From assembly GCA_002633005.1 (NCBI GenBank), contig NMRA01000018.1, positions 1,649,290 through 1,713,289 on the forward strand: DNA of 64,000 nt. Reading direction: 5' to 3'. Below the pieces are notes generated by a model. That model searched no databases, was not told the DNA's origin, and was given only the letters and a program-made list of their open reading frames with translations. The DNA comes from Phoronis australis. Its lineage: Eukaryota; Animalia; Phoronida. The position numbers were made by a program, and so were the translations under genes. Below are positions 39,301 to 52,380 of the stretch, piece after piece. Every line of letters starts with the position of its first letter. Position 1 is the first letter of the stretch.

Positions 39301-42300
39301 TTTGAGGTTATTAATTTTGACCAGAACAATACAACAATAACATTTGTTGTGTTCTGATTACAAATGTCCAATCCTGGCTGCTGCCATGGCTAGTGACTTT
39401 CCTAAGCTACTATAAGCTAAGGCCGCTTAAAATACTGTCATTGACTCTGATTTAGTTCCACAGCAGAGCGTTTAGATGCCAAATGTGAAAGTTTCTTGCT
39501 TGAATCTGCACTGGACCAGATTTCAGAAAATCATATTTTTGTCCATAATATCCCTTTAGACTCTTCAGTGTAGAACCAGCGGTTCATAGATCAAAATAAA
39601 TTGCAGCAGAATCGTTAATAAAGCTATTAATGAGTTATAAGGCGCAAAAATTCTTATTAGTCATACATGTACTGAAGCTGTAACAAAATAATTCTTTGTT
39701 CTAATAGCAGTCTGATTTCACACGTCAATCACACTAAAACACCATTTCAGAAAATAAGCAACCGAAAATCACATCTTATTCCGGGCTCATCTATCCATGG
39801 ATCCATAGGGAGTAATAAAATAATTACATTTTCATAACCATAAGGTGTGTTTACATACACCAGACTACCTAGGACAGTTGTGTACACTAACAAGTCAAAT
39901 TCAACAGGCACACTGTGTGTGAGCGACACCTGTGATTTACAACGAATTAAATTCTACAAAATTCTGCCAATAGGCAGACAAGTTACCCCCTTCAAGCCCA
40001 AAATGCCCAGTGAAGCACCATTAGAAACATTGTCGCATTTTAATTTCCAGTGCAAAGAGAAAAAATCTGCTTACAATTTCACTTGATATTCGTGTTTATA
40101 CTGGTTCAACTCTGTATTTATTCGAGCAAAAGCTTCCGTCATCTCTCCGATAATTCGCTCGTCCTCATTCTGTCGTTCCGTGGTGACTTTTTGTAGATCT
40201 TTCAGTTGCTGCTCCTTTTCTTTCAGGCTTCAAAGTAGTGCAGAAACATTCAATCACAGTAAAAATACAGGACACACAAACTTGATGGAAAACATAAAAA
40301 ATTTCACAATTTTGATTTGAGTTTTTAAGAAGACACTCTGCAAAGTTAAATTCACCTATCGCTCAAATTTTTACCTTGCATTGCTTAGTTGTCATATTTC
40401 AGATGCATAACCCTTTAAATACTAAGACAATTTGATGCAATACAGATTACATTTATTATTATTTATTTGACTCGTCCACCCATTCCATGTTTATCTGCCT
40501 GTCTGTTTGCCTGCCTGTCTGTCTGTCTATCTATCAATTCAGTCAATCTGTCTGCCTGTCAGTCAGTGTATCAATACACCTGTCTAGCTTAGCCGCAGTC
40601 CACGTAACAGTCCATAAGTCTATCTAGCTATCCCCTCCCATCTCTTCAACCATTTCTTTGTTGGTCTACCCAATCATGCACAATACACAGTCATATTCAT
40701 AAATAAATAAAATAGCTGTTGGAATGTCGTGCAGTTACTGATGGTTAAGATTACAGTAACATAAAATAGTATAAAGTAAAACGACGAGCGTCGGTACTAA
40801 AATATACAAAAATATTGTATTATATCGTACGCTCTTTATCAAGGGCATGACACAGCCTTCCAAATAGATAGATATAAAGTCACACAAATGACCGTATGGT
40901 GATACACAATAGGCAATAGATATATAGCCATATTGTTCCAATTGCCTATTGTGTATCACCATGCAGCCATCTGTATTACTTTATATCTATCTATTCGGCA
41001 CTATGTGTCATGTCCTTGATAAGAGCATACCTCTCGAAATGTGGGGAATATCTTAATATATTTTAGTACAGATGCTAGTCATTTTATTTCATACTATTTT
41101 ACAACACAAAGTAAACACTTTTGCAATCGCATAATTTTAATGTGGTAGCTGTTGCTTATTTCAGTGTGTTGACTTGACAATTTGTGCTCTTCACTGCACA
41201 CAACCACAAAAATAAGCCTCATCTGCTGACTATTCTGAAGCCGGTCTCCACAATTTACTCGATATCCACCCGTTTTGTGGGAATACCTCAGGTGCATGAT
41301 CTTTGTTGTACCCTTACTCACCAAGCCTGTAATGGCACCAGTTGTTGCTCCGCCTTCTGGGCACGCTCTTCTTTCTGATGGACATCATTCATCAGACCTA
41401 CCAACTGCATGCTGTCCTACAAACACATATTGACTTTTCATTAACAACTATATAGACTCTAAAGTTGGCAAATGGAAGATCGCCACGGTGGCCACCAGAC
41501 AAGGCAAAACAACTAAAAACATTGTAAGATTGCTGTACTTGTAACAACAACAAAATTTGCAGTCCTGGTTAATGATACAAATTCTTGGATCATTACATCA
41601 GATAGTTATTTTGTAAGTACCAGCCCACGACAGTACCAGCCCACGACAGTACCAGCCCACGACAGTACCAGCCATCCAGCGGCAACACTGGATCAGCCGA
41701 CTTCCACGAAATTTGGCACTAAGGGACCTATAATCAGTGGTAAAACATTTCCCAAAATTATTGCATTCTACCCAATTTATAAGCTATAACCCCTTTTGTG
41801 CGTTAAAGCCATGATGTCACAACAAAACAATTGTCAATTTTTTAATAACTGTTTGCATTTATTTTTTGGATGAAACCTATTGAATTGATATGTCATTTGA
41901 CATTGTTTAGCGACGATATGGATTGATATTGCAATGTCTTGAAAAAATCAGTGAATTACCATAAAATTTAGTGGGTTTCACTAAAACATGAGCATCTACG
42001 AATACCTGCCATTTTAAACATTTAATCATGCTTTACCTGTCTTGATGATTTGTCAGCTTGAGCTCGCAGAACCGCAGCCTCTTTCTCATAATTGATCTTG
42101 GTCTGTTTAAGTTGATCTTCATACATATCACGCATCTGGCGGGCTTCTTCATCACGTTGACTGTCCTAAAACACAAAAGGGTCCAAGCACATCACGCGCG
42201 CAGGAGTTCTCTGTTCAAAAACACACAAACAGGAGCACAGAAACCATTTGGCAAATTTCTTGCACAAATATAAGAAACATTGTCGTCTGATAATGCATTG

Positions 42301-45300
42301 TAAAATGTCACACATCTAGGATGCAATACGGCAGTCATGTGAAATTTTCACTTTTTCGTGAACATCACGTATCACAAAATGAAGACAAGATAGTTGCCAC
42401 CAGACAACGTGAGCATTCACAGCAAGGTTAGAAGTTGGTGCAAAACAAAAAAAACAAATTTTGGCGATTATAAGTGGCAATAGCCATCTATGACAGCGCC
42501 CGACTTTCGTGGGTGACTTTTCTTTGGGGATAAGTCGGCATTGATAAGTGTTGCCTGTTGGCAGCAACATACTTTCCCCACCCATTTAAGATACTGCAGA
42601 CTACAAAAACTAAAAGGGTCATTAAAAATTGAACATCATCATTGATTGAACTGCAGAAACTAATTAACTAAACAGAAGAAAAGAGATGTCCCGTTTCTTT
42701 GTTGATATTGTCCTAACCTCTATAATGTACCTGCTTTAGCAACACAATGGGACGGCTTGACTCGACCAATCAAGTGAACTTACTACACCCTAAGAATGCA
42801 GTGACATCTGAATGGAAGAGTGGGTCATGAGACATGAAATTAGACAGTATCCACAAGCAAGCCCACAACATGTCTCACTTCATCTGCAGTCAACTTAAGC
42901 TAAGTGGCACAAAAGCAAAACTGAGACAATGACCTCAATAGGTCAAGCATCATGGTTAAATACCAGTCTTCCAGACAAGTTAATTTTCAGAACAACGCTA
43001 TTCGTTCCGCATACAATTTCCCAACTATGACGGAACAACGCTATTCGTTATGTATACATTTTCCCAACTATAACGGAACAACACTATTCGTTATGTATAC
43101 ATTTTCCTAACTTTAATGGAACAACGCTATTCATTATGTATACATTTTCCTAACTATAATGGAAAAACGCTATTCGTTATGTATACATTTTCCTAACTAT
43201 AATGGAACAACGCTATTTGTTATGTATACATTTTCCTAACTATAATGGAACAACGCTATTCGTTATATATACATTTTCCTAACTATAATGGAACAACGCT
43301 ATTCGTTAAGTTTACATTTTCCCAACTATGGAACAACGCTATTCGGTACGCATAATTTTCCCAAACAACTCACCCGTGCCTGAAGTTCCTGTATAATTTT
43401 GTCTTTTTCTTCAAGACTCTTTTCAATTTCCTTCAACCTGTCCTGTAGTTTTTTATCTCCGACATTGCCTGGGGTTGTCACCATGAAAACCGCTTCCTTC
43501 ACCTCTGTTTGGGACTGGCCAGCTACAGTGGTTACAATTAAAACAGTGAAATTTCTATTTCTAGGACTAAAAAAGAACATGTTTTAGAAAGTTAACATTA
43601 AATGATATTAAATTTAAATGGAAACAAAAACATCCGACAGATGTAGACAATATTGAAAATATCACGTTTTCATCGAAATCAAATAATTATTTCAATAAAA
43701 TCTTTTTGATTAAACTAAGACACTCAGTGAAAAAGCATCTCTTAAAAATTTTATACTTTAGTAACAGCTGAGAATTTAACATGCTAAATTGTGGGAATTT
43801 TTAGTGTGATAAAATTTCCTAATTCAAAATCAGAATATTGAAAACTTGAGAAAATCCCATATGGCCTCCTCACCTACGTGACACTCATTTAAAATATATG
43901 AGTCACCATTACCTGTCCGTCCAGCAACCACTTGTTTTACTTCAGTAGTGGATGGTGTACCTGAGGATAGAACATGGAAATAAAACTAATGTTTTCAAAC
44001 TCAGTGAGCGTAATACAAGGACAAAATATAATCTCACAAGAAAGTGTAGTTTGTTTATTTACTAGCTGGCTGCTAAAGTGTGTTCAGTTACTATTTTACT
44101 GTAGCTTGTTTAGTTACTAGCTGAAGTATAGCATATTTAGTTTACTATCTAACTATGGACAGGGACAATGGCCAAGTTCTAGCCAGAGAGGAACACTGGT
44201 TCTCTCGAAAAGTTAAGGAAGCTGGCTTTATCGGGGCCAGACACCCGAGACCAAGATCTACAGCTCCCCGGGAATATGACCCCATTCTAGATCTGGGTCA
44301 ACAAAAGGCGCGTAATCCATTCCTTGAAAAAGACCCTTAGATGAGGAAGGAAACATCCGAGCCATCAATAACAAGTTCATAGCAAGTGAATTTTTACCAG
44401 CTCAACATTGTCACGGAGTATGAAAAAAGTATTTTATAGCAGCCACAGTGTAGTCTGTTTAGTTACAAGCTAGCTGCCAAAGTGTAGTCTGTTTAGTTAT
44501 TATCTAACTACCACAACTATTATTAAAATCTCTTGGTCTATTTACACCGACCTCTAGTCTATATACACTGTCACGACGTTTCGGTCGGTCTCTTCTCCGG
44601 CCATCGTCAGGTGTTCCCGCGTTCTTAGAAGAACGAGCACGGATACGTGGTACATTCATGGTGTGATTTTTTTGTGCGAGGCAGTGTATATAGACTAGAG
44701 GTCAGTGTAAATAGCTCAAGAGATTTTAATAATAGCTGTAATACGCCACCACCTCAGAGCGGTTTTAGGAAGACACCTAACTACCAGTTGTCAATTGTAC
44801 ATGTACATGGGTGCTTGTTATCTCATAAATTCGATGCCACCTCTCAGTGTGTCAAGCAATTTACCGTATTCGCCGCAATAACCGCCCAGGGCGCTTAGAA
44901 AAGTTCGGTTCGGGGGGGCGCTTATTATAACCCAAGGCGGTTGAAACCCGGTCTCCGAAACGGGTGAAATCGGAAGCTAAGATTCATCAAATTTACGCTC
45001 TGTGACGCATGTAATCTATGAAAGACTTTCAACAAAACTGTGGTGCATTGCTATCAAACTTTGCTGCTAAATTACGATCATTTTACAGAAAATTGTGCTG
45101 AAATCCCAGGGCGAAAACTCGCCAACTGACTGCTTCGAAATCGCCGTCTTCGATATGGCGACTTCAATGCTTGAATAAAAATGGTTTCGATAAAGTACCT
45201 GAAATCCTCATTAAATTTTATAAGTAGCGTCTCTAAGGTTTTTAAGTTCCCGTGGAGTCTGGATTAACGGCAGGTTTAAGTACAAATCTGTGCAACATCG

Positions 45301-48300
45301 TGCCATCTACATGTATGATCGGCAACACAGCGAGAAAAATGTCTGGACGAACACCCATGTTGTTGTCACGTGACGTTTGTTTTGAAGTTCGTCTGCGAGT
45401 AAGCGAGCGCGTGCGTGTCACCAGAGTTCATTTGCCAAAGCAGAGACTGTCTTTCGGCCAGAGCCACGCAATCTAACTAGCTAGATGTGTCTAAAGAAAT
45501 TTGCACAAGCAGTAAGGCCTAAACCAGAGTGTGTTTCATTCAGCACTTGCCAGGTCTCGTGCTAAAAACTTTCGACATTTGTCTCGGCAAGGCCCACATT
45601 AGTCGCCGTGTAGCTGGATGCGTACGTAACTATCTGACAGTTATTTTTCGGTGTAAGCCAGGGTGTGTAAGCATTCAGTGTCAGTTGTCATTTTATCGGA
45701 TATTCGGCTTAATAACACCAATTACGGTTAATCAAACCATCCATCTCAAAAATAACGCAAACATGTTGATAGTATTAGAAATTGTCGGAAATTAGTTCCA
45801 ATATTCATTTCTTATCGATGCTATGGTACCCGCTTCATGAATGGATAGTTCCCAACTAATGTCTTTGATGACAGGTTATGTAGCGCGCGCTTCCTGGCCA
45901 CCTGCGTGTAACACCGAGTTATTTTTATTCATGAGACAGTCGATGTGTCTACTGAAAGGTCAGACCATGGGACACGGTCGTCGCGAGAGCGTAGCAATGC
46001 TGTTGCGTTCTTTTTGAAGCGCTGCGTTACTTTGTCACGGCTAAATACAATCGTAGCAGTGCCGCTGGTGGTCTAGAAGACCCGGGCAAAAATGTTTTGA
46101 TAAATTTAAGACGTTACTGTAGCCGAGTTTTAGAACTGTAGGTACGTCATTGTTCGCATGTACACGTTCATGGACTGGGCGCTTATTTCAGCAAAGTCTG
46201 AAAACGCGTGGGGGGGGCGCTTATAGGGGCATGGGCGGTTATTATGGCGAATACGGTACATCAGAATGAGCCACTGAGTGATCACCCTACATAATGCTGA
46301 AAAGCAAGACGCCTGACAGTGAAGCAGGCAGCGAAACTCACTGAAAACATTTACGTTCCATCGACACTCGATTTTATCTTCCTTAACTTATGTGACTTCA
46401 AAATGCAATGATTTTCAAGATGTCCAAAATCAAGCAAATCCAGAAGAACTCTCAAGCAAGGCAGTGTGACACACTTATATGTGACAGATCTGCCTGTCAA
46501 ATGAGTTGTCCACCGCACACCATCACTTTTAAGTGTATTAGAAGGTATAAAGTTTCATTGGTACCGTAACAGTAAAACCTCCAATTTTGGGACATGATAT
46601 GGCAGGCATTCTCGTTTCTTTGATAAGCAGCATGAAACAAGATCTGTTCCATACCTATCATCAGAAAATGTTTTGAAAAACCGCAGGCATTCGTAACAAT
46701 GCTAGAAGACCTTGAAAATGAAAACGTTTTTTTTTTCAATTCTGTGTCCAAAATTGTTGAGATTTCACCATACTCTAAAATGTTTATAGAGCAAATAGAC
46801 AAAATTAATTAATAATAATAATCCATAACAACAATAATATAGATGCACCTAGGTTATGAAGAACTTAATTAACATAACGAGTTCAGCCTACCCCTGCTGA
46901 CTTCTGCCTGGATCCTGGTATTCAGCGAAGGATCAACCTGTCCTTGAGTAGAATCTCTACTAGTTGCACTTTCTGAGTTAACCACCTGGTAAGACTCATT
47001 AGCGTGAGACGATCCCTCAACAGCTGGGCGTGGTACTGTCACAAGGGAACTACCGTCTACAGGTATGTCAGGTAGGTCCTCCATTTCATTTATGCTTTTA
47101 GTTTGCAGCTGACTAAGCTCTGTATTCAGATTCATATTTTGGCTCAACAAGTCCGCCTTCTCAGCCAGAATCTTCTGATGTGCTTCAATTTTCTGATTCA
47201 GTTCTTCCTTCACCTTGTCTATGCTTTCTTGTAAATTTTTCCCACTCTCCTCCAGCTCTTCAATGCGAGCAGTTAGTCGCTCGTTCTCGCAACTCTTGGC
47301 TTTCAATTCCTCCACCATCTGATCGGCAAACTGGCGCGACTTCTCCAACTCAGCCGCGTCTTGCTCGTGCCCCATCAACAAGTCTTCCTTCTGCTCACTC
47401 AACTCGAGTATCTTCTGCTTCATCTCACGTATTGTCACGTTGACCGTCTTCAACTCATCTTGCAGAGAGACGACATCCAATGGCTTCTCTTCTTTGCCAT
47501 GCTGAGCAAAAAATGAAACCCATAGCATAAAATTAAAAGGCCCGCAGAAGTGAAAATAATGAGTTTTTTAAATTAAAACGATAATTTAAAATAAAGAAAA
47601 ATTTGTAGCAATTAACATTTTGTTAAACCAAATCTTCCCACTTGCACACAACTTTGCACTAAAATATTGTACTCACAACCAAACTGAAAGGTAGACACAT
47701 TCTTTGCATTTTGGTTATTCTTAAAGCTTTTAAGTAATATGAGTCGAGGTGTTTTAATTTTGTAGCCTCAACTCATGTTACATTAAAGTTTTGTAAATTT
47801 TGTAAATTTTCATTAAAACACAAATTTTGGTAATGGTGCCCGAATTTTGAATTTTGTCCACCAAATAACGGCCAAAAAACTGGTTCTCAAAATACGGCGA
47901 GGTTATACCCGACTATTGTCCAAATTTTGAACACCACACAACAAGTGTGTTTGTTGGAGCAAAACTGATATCAAGATATTCCACAAAATACAATGTCCAA
48001 ATGTCTACATTACCTTGCTATGACAAGAAAGCTCACAAAAAACTGTTTTGAAATCCATAATATATTTCAAGCCAGATTTCGTTTTTGACAATGTCATCAT
48101 ATTATTCTCAAAGGGGACTGGATCTAACAAAAATCTGCAAAGAACAAGATCTCAACAAATGATTTCAGTTTTGACACCAATCAAATCCCCTGTTACCTGG
48201 GTGTGGTCTACCTCCTCTTTCAACAACCTGTTCTCTTCCCGTAGCTTGTCAATAGTAGCTTGTAACTCCTCAGCTACATGTTCCGACACACAGCCCTCCT

Positions 48301-50383
48301 GTGAACAAAATAATAATTAACTTTGGTAAGTTGCTGACATCCTTCAGTGCAAAAGTTTAAAGACATCTAAGCCAGGTTTGACCACTTAATTAATAAAAAA
48401 TGATCAGATGGGGGAAGCTGGTCGCCATTCTCGGTTCCCAGGGGCTTTTTTGGCCCTTTTCCCCCATTCCTGGTGTCAAGTTCGTTTCCATCCAAACACC
48501 GTACAATAAATCTCCATTCCCGAATCATTGCCACAAAAAGAGCCTGATCATGATTCAGACAAGCCTCGTCCCCTCTTCAAAAGGAATTACGGACAAATTT
48601 GAAAACTCTCAAAAATCGTGACTGCTGCTTCTGGTCAATAACTTGACGACTGCAAAAGACAGTTTAAGACCAAATCAAAGTTTAAAATCCACTTAGTTAA
48701 ATGGCATGACAATGTTTCAAGTTAAGAATGGTGTTATCTTTCCGAGAAGGTATAAATTATGGGGGACAAACCACTCAGTTTTGGGTTAAACCACCAAAAT
48801 GACTTAGTAACAATATAATTATTATCATCAGAAGAACATTAATGATTGCTGTTCATTACATTTATGTGGGACCTTTTAAAAACTGTGGAGTCAAACATCT
48901 TCAAGCCTATACCATTTGACTCGATGAGAGTAAAACATATTTTCTGAAAGTAAGAGGCCCGTAAACTTTGAATTTTGACTAATTTTGTTTTGTGCAAATT
49001 AAGATTTTTTATTGAAAATCAAAAGTTCTTTTCTGTCAAATTTCTTAACAAAAAAGAGATTTTCATTCATTGTTAGCTAAGTTTGCAGTGTGAAGACTCT
49101 GATGTCATAAACAAAATTATTATTAAGATTTTAATATCTGCATTAAAGTACTAATTGGCCTTTGAAAAACAGCAAAATTATAATTTTTGCAATTTTGAGC
49201 GAAATAAGTGAACAATGGCTATAACTACATGATAGTATGAGTCCTTTTCTAAACAGACTAGCCTAGATTACCTGTGCTCTCTCCAAATTTTGCTTAAGCT
49301 CCTTGATTTCAGTAGTTTTAGACTTCAATGCCACAGACAAAGTGTTGAAAACTGTCCTGCTCTGTTCGTTTCGCACTTTTAACTCGTTTTCAGCTGTATC
49401 ACATCTTCTCTGGCTTTGACTCAATAGAGTAGAACAGTCACGGAAAGCATTGTTGCTTGAGAGTAGACATTCTGGAGATAAGCCAATAATCAAACAAACG
49501 CAATAACAATTCTGTTAATCAAGTGACCCTATACAGATAGACCAGTTATCCTCTGGTTACCAAAACTCTGATGTTTCAAATTTTCAGTTCCAATTTGGTC
49601 ATCAGAAAATTTTGTAGTCAAGATTATCAAAAGACTGGAAACTGCAATGCTCGAAATAAGCCAGCAAATGCTCAAAAATATGAGTGGAAAACTGACCTCA
49701 CCCATGTAACTTGAGTGGGTGCCGAGCAGACATTCGGCGTATTTTGTTTGGTCACCACGTTTTACGAGTAAAATTGCGCAAGTATATGCCACTAGTCTTG
49801 TATTTTCAAGTGAAAATCTTTGCCTTGTGTCGAGAAGTGCTCTGCAATATTCACATATAATGTGGTGTCCAAAAGTCATCAGAAAATGAAGACATCAGAG
49901 TAGGAGAATAAAAGTTTAGTTACACTCTTAAGTCTAAACTAGAAGGCACCTTCAACATTTTTGTGAGCCCAATGGGCGACATGGTATCGTGAACTTTTTA
50001 ACAAAATAAAACAGTAATCGCCATGTTCAAAAAATGTTCAAATCTAGTCTTGGACCTTGGTGCTGAGATAGATCAAGTTTGCCAGTTGCCAACGTGTAGA
50101 TACGGTCCCTAACCAGTATATCGAACCCCAGCTGACACCAGTGTTGAGGCCTTTATTTACCTTTTAGTTCTTGGTTGTCCTTCATTAACTCTCTCAGTCT
50201 GCTCACAGCTTCTTCCAGTGTTAACGTCCCCGTTTCCTCATCAAAGTCAAAGTGCAGGTGGTCAAAATCAATGTCGAACTGAGTCTCACCATTTTCGGAG
50301 ACAGGACGATCCAGAACTTGGAAACTGTCCGATGAAATATGGGACATAGGTCCTGTTCCTGACTGTTTTGGCACTGATGCCAT
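33340..50383 (-). CDS. OPTN: Optineurin / NEMO-family protein (~817 aa, 14 coding exons)
   Basis: Phase-consistent GT-AG exons: 50383-50161, 49471-49272, 48298-48197, 47501-46892, 43960-43913, 43522-43374, 42165-42037, 41416-41322, 40227-40075, 38606-38513, 37094-36903, 35203-34996, 33981-33872, 33480-33340. N-terminal NEMO-type coil LRELMKDNQELKE, UBAN MEVYKADFQNERDARE...EMQRRHG, and C-terminal zinc finger CPKCLTELPDYDTLHVHVIDC. OPTN versus NEMO orthology is not resolved. Confidence 0.9.
33593..33796. mobile_element. tRNA-derived SINE-like sequence (33677-33796, +) with an adjacent inverted partial copy (33593-33672)
   Basis: A-box TGGCTTAGTGG (33685-33695) and B-box GGTTCGAGTCC (33730-33740), but an imperfect cloverleaf. 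The upstream segment is the reverse complement of gagggtcccgggttcgagtcccggttggggc...cttttcagacttatattcattaggtcac. Confidence 0.75.
34205..34372. repeat. 27-bp minisatellite, ~6 copies (intronic)
   Basis: caatttgcacccacagatggtcagata repeated. Confidence 0.95.
37640..38932. repeat. Two direct copies (~37640-37885, ~38700-38932) of a dispersed repeat in adjacent introns; reverse partial copy at ~52848-52942
   Basis: Shared cccactt(a/g)agtga...caggattcaactaaa...cgtaggt(c/a)acgctt...gactttgtaa(g/a)gagttttcaaa...agggttaca. Confidence 0.75.
40763..41100. mobile_element. ~340 bp palindromic (fold-back) element
   Basis: aaaatagtat...ggtgatacacaataggcaat is mirrored by attgcctattgtgtatcacc...atactatttt. 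Confidence 0.85.
41616..41673. repeat. 16-bp tandem repeat, ~3.5 copies
   Basis: agtaccagcccacgac repeated. Confidence 0.9.
42990..43364. repeat. 43-bp minisatellite, ~9 copies, abutting an optineurin splice donor
   Basis: ggaacaacgctattcgttatgtatacattttcctaactataat repeated (e.g. at 43161, 43204, 43247, 43290). Confidence 0.95.
44150..44400 (+). mobile_element. Penelope-like retroelement 3' fragment (end of the GIY-YIG endonuclease region plus degenerate pLTR)
   Basis: MDRDNGQVLAREEHWFSRKVKEAGFI...EYDPIL resembles the DWdn.kiLarE..w.kRkikEai.I...YDPIL tail of PLE ORFs. It is followed by a cttgaaaaagacc...gaaacatc motif and interrupts a ~34-bp tandem repeat (44040-44150, 44440-44510). Confidence 0.65.
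44517..44735. mobile_element. Inverted-repeat element (~54-bp arms) whose loop holds a hammerhead-like motif (44572-44613, -)
   Basis: Arms ctattattaaaatctcttg...ctctagtctatatacactg and cagtgtatatagactagag...caagagattttaataatag. The minus-strand loop reads CAC-CTGACGA-TGGCCGG...CCGACC-GAAA-CGTC-GTG. Confidence 0.75.
44864..46256. mobile_element. Non-autonomous Tc1/mariner-pogo-type DNA transposon (1393 bp)
   Basis: 25-bp TIRs ccgtattcgccgcaataaccgccca / tgggcggttattatggcgaatacgg (23/25 match), flanked by TA on both sides. No transposase ORF. Confidence 0.88.
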
Positions 50384-52075
50384 TTTCAAATTGTTTCCTG
50401 GAAAGGGAGGAGCCATACAGTGACAAATGTTAAGAAATGTGCAAGAGATGTAGAGAATAACTGGTTATAGACAGGTAGATGGGTCCCTGACTTGAGAACC
50501 AGTTACTCCAGCCTATTATTCAGTGTGAGTAACTGGTTCTCAAATCATTTTTAAACCATTGAGCCACCTATCCGACTACAAGTAAATAATAAGTAACCAT
50601 TCACTGATATTTGTTGTACACAGACTATGACATCCAGATATAATTTTTACAAAGATGGCCCTAGGTCTTCCAAGATTACACACGCACGCCCAAACCACCC
50701 AGCCAGCAGGTGGGCAACGTCTGGCAACGAAGACCGATAAAAAAGGACCAGGCGAAGGGTGGCAAATGGCTGGGAGGGAGGGACTGGCGGCAACACAGGA
50801 TAGAAGGTGCCCCAGAATTTTTGGAGCCATAACCTATGTTAACTATGAAAGAGTTTTAGTGTTTAGAAGAAGGTCATGAAGGCAGAATAGAATGAAGTTT
50901 ACATATCGGATGCAGCGTAACAACAAACATTACCAGAGGATGCTAGTTTCTGATAAAAAATTAATAAAGAATGAACTGTGTACAAAGAATAGGTAGAAAA
51001 CATATTACAAAGGATGGCATAATAATTAAGGGTTATAGCTAGAGTTACAACTTGAGCCTAAAGACAAAGTTTCTAACAACGACATGTAAACTAAAGCATG
51101 CTCTTACAAAAATCACAACAACTGCACTCGCACAGATCATTGAAATGCTTCCAGGATAGCCCTTCAAAGTCATGAATGTTCAAGCCTGCTTTAAAAAAAT
51201 TTGGAAGGGCCTTCCATATTTTAACTCCTAATTAGTATCTCAAGCTTATGATAATAGCTATACTTTTTTGGTTATTGTCTTTTTAAAAACCATTCACAAA
51301 ACTTCACAATGGCTGAGGATAATTTAGAGACAATTTATACTGAAATGTTGAACAATATGTCGTTTACATATGCACTGACTTTAAAAATCATACTCATCTT
51401 TTGGCCAAAAACAAACGTAATCATACTTTTTCATATTGAAATGACTGATTGAGAGAGAGAGTTCACACGTGGGGAAAACTGTACAAGTGATGCTTTATCT
51501 GGAAAGCACATCCCAAACTGCAAGGTCCAATTAAGTTGATATGCTTAAAAACTAACAGACATAAATAGCACTAAGATTTTGAGATTCGTGGTAAACAGTT
51601 TGATTTGGCTAGAAGTGATCGGGAACATTGAACACAAAGCGGAGAGATCTGCACTGGGTTTTCGGCTCAACTTTCCTTCCTATCCATAGGATCCACAGAA
51701 ACCAGGCAAGTGAGCAATGGTTAAAACATTGATTTAATGAAAGCATTAAAAATTCCAAGTTAGTACAAGCCTATCAAGGAAGTTCGCGGGCGAAATAAAG
51801 CGTTAACTTGTTTGGATGCTTTCTTACAGAGGGCCAAGGCGTGTTCTTGTCTTGAAACGAGATTATTTTGTCAATCAACAAAGTTGCAGACTGAGTAGTT
51901 ATTATACTAATATAGTTTACAAGCAAAAGCAAATACCGTCCAGTTTAACATAAAAATCACCCCTTGACCTTGTGTTGTGCTAGAACTAGGAACCAGGCAA
52001 GAAAAAATGATGCCCTGAAATTTGCCGTCACAGCAAATGTCACAACTTAGTTTTTATAACTAAATTCTTCGTTAC

Positions 52076-52380
52076 CAACTATCAACTCTCTATGCGGTCG
52101 TCTTGTAGTTTGTTGAAACAACTGTCATAAACGAGACCGGGGCCTTTCCTAAAGGCTTTAGTTTCACACTTCTGAAAACGCATAAATGATTCTGAGAAAA
52201 ATGGGAAATACCCGTAGTTATAAGTCTGAACGTTAGAAGTCTCTCAGAGTTAGAGTGAACCAATCAAGGATCAGTTAACATATACATGAGATACGAAATG
52301 CGATTGGGTGATTTGTGTTCAGTGTGCTGGATAGAGAAAATCATGCTCCCGCACAAAAGCGAAGATGTAAATGTCAAATT
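52076..52380. promoter_or_regulatory. Probable bidirectional promoter of the optineurin-like (-) and TASOR-like (+) genes
   Basis: Candidate non-coding first exon of OPTN ending at 52076 (minus-strand TTG|GTAACG). Opposed CCAAT boxes at 52260-52264 and 52303-52307. kappaB-like GGGCCTTTCC (52140-52149) and GGGAAATACCC (52203-52213). GAS TTCTGAGAA (52190-52198). Confidence 0.6.
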
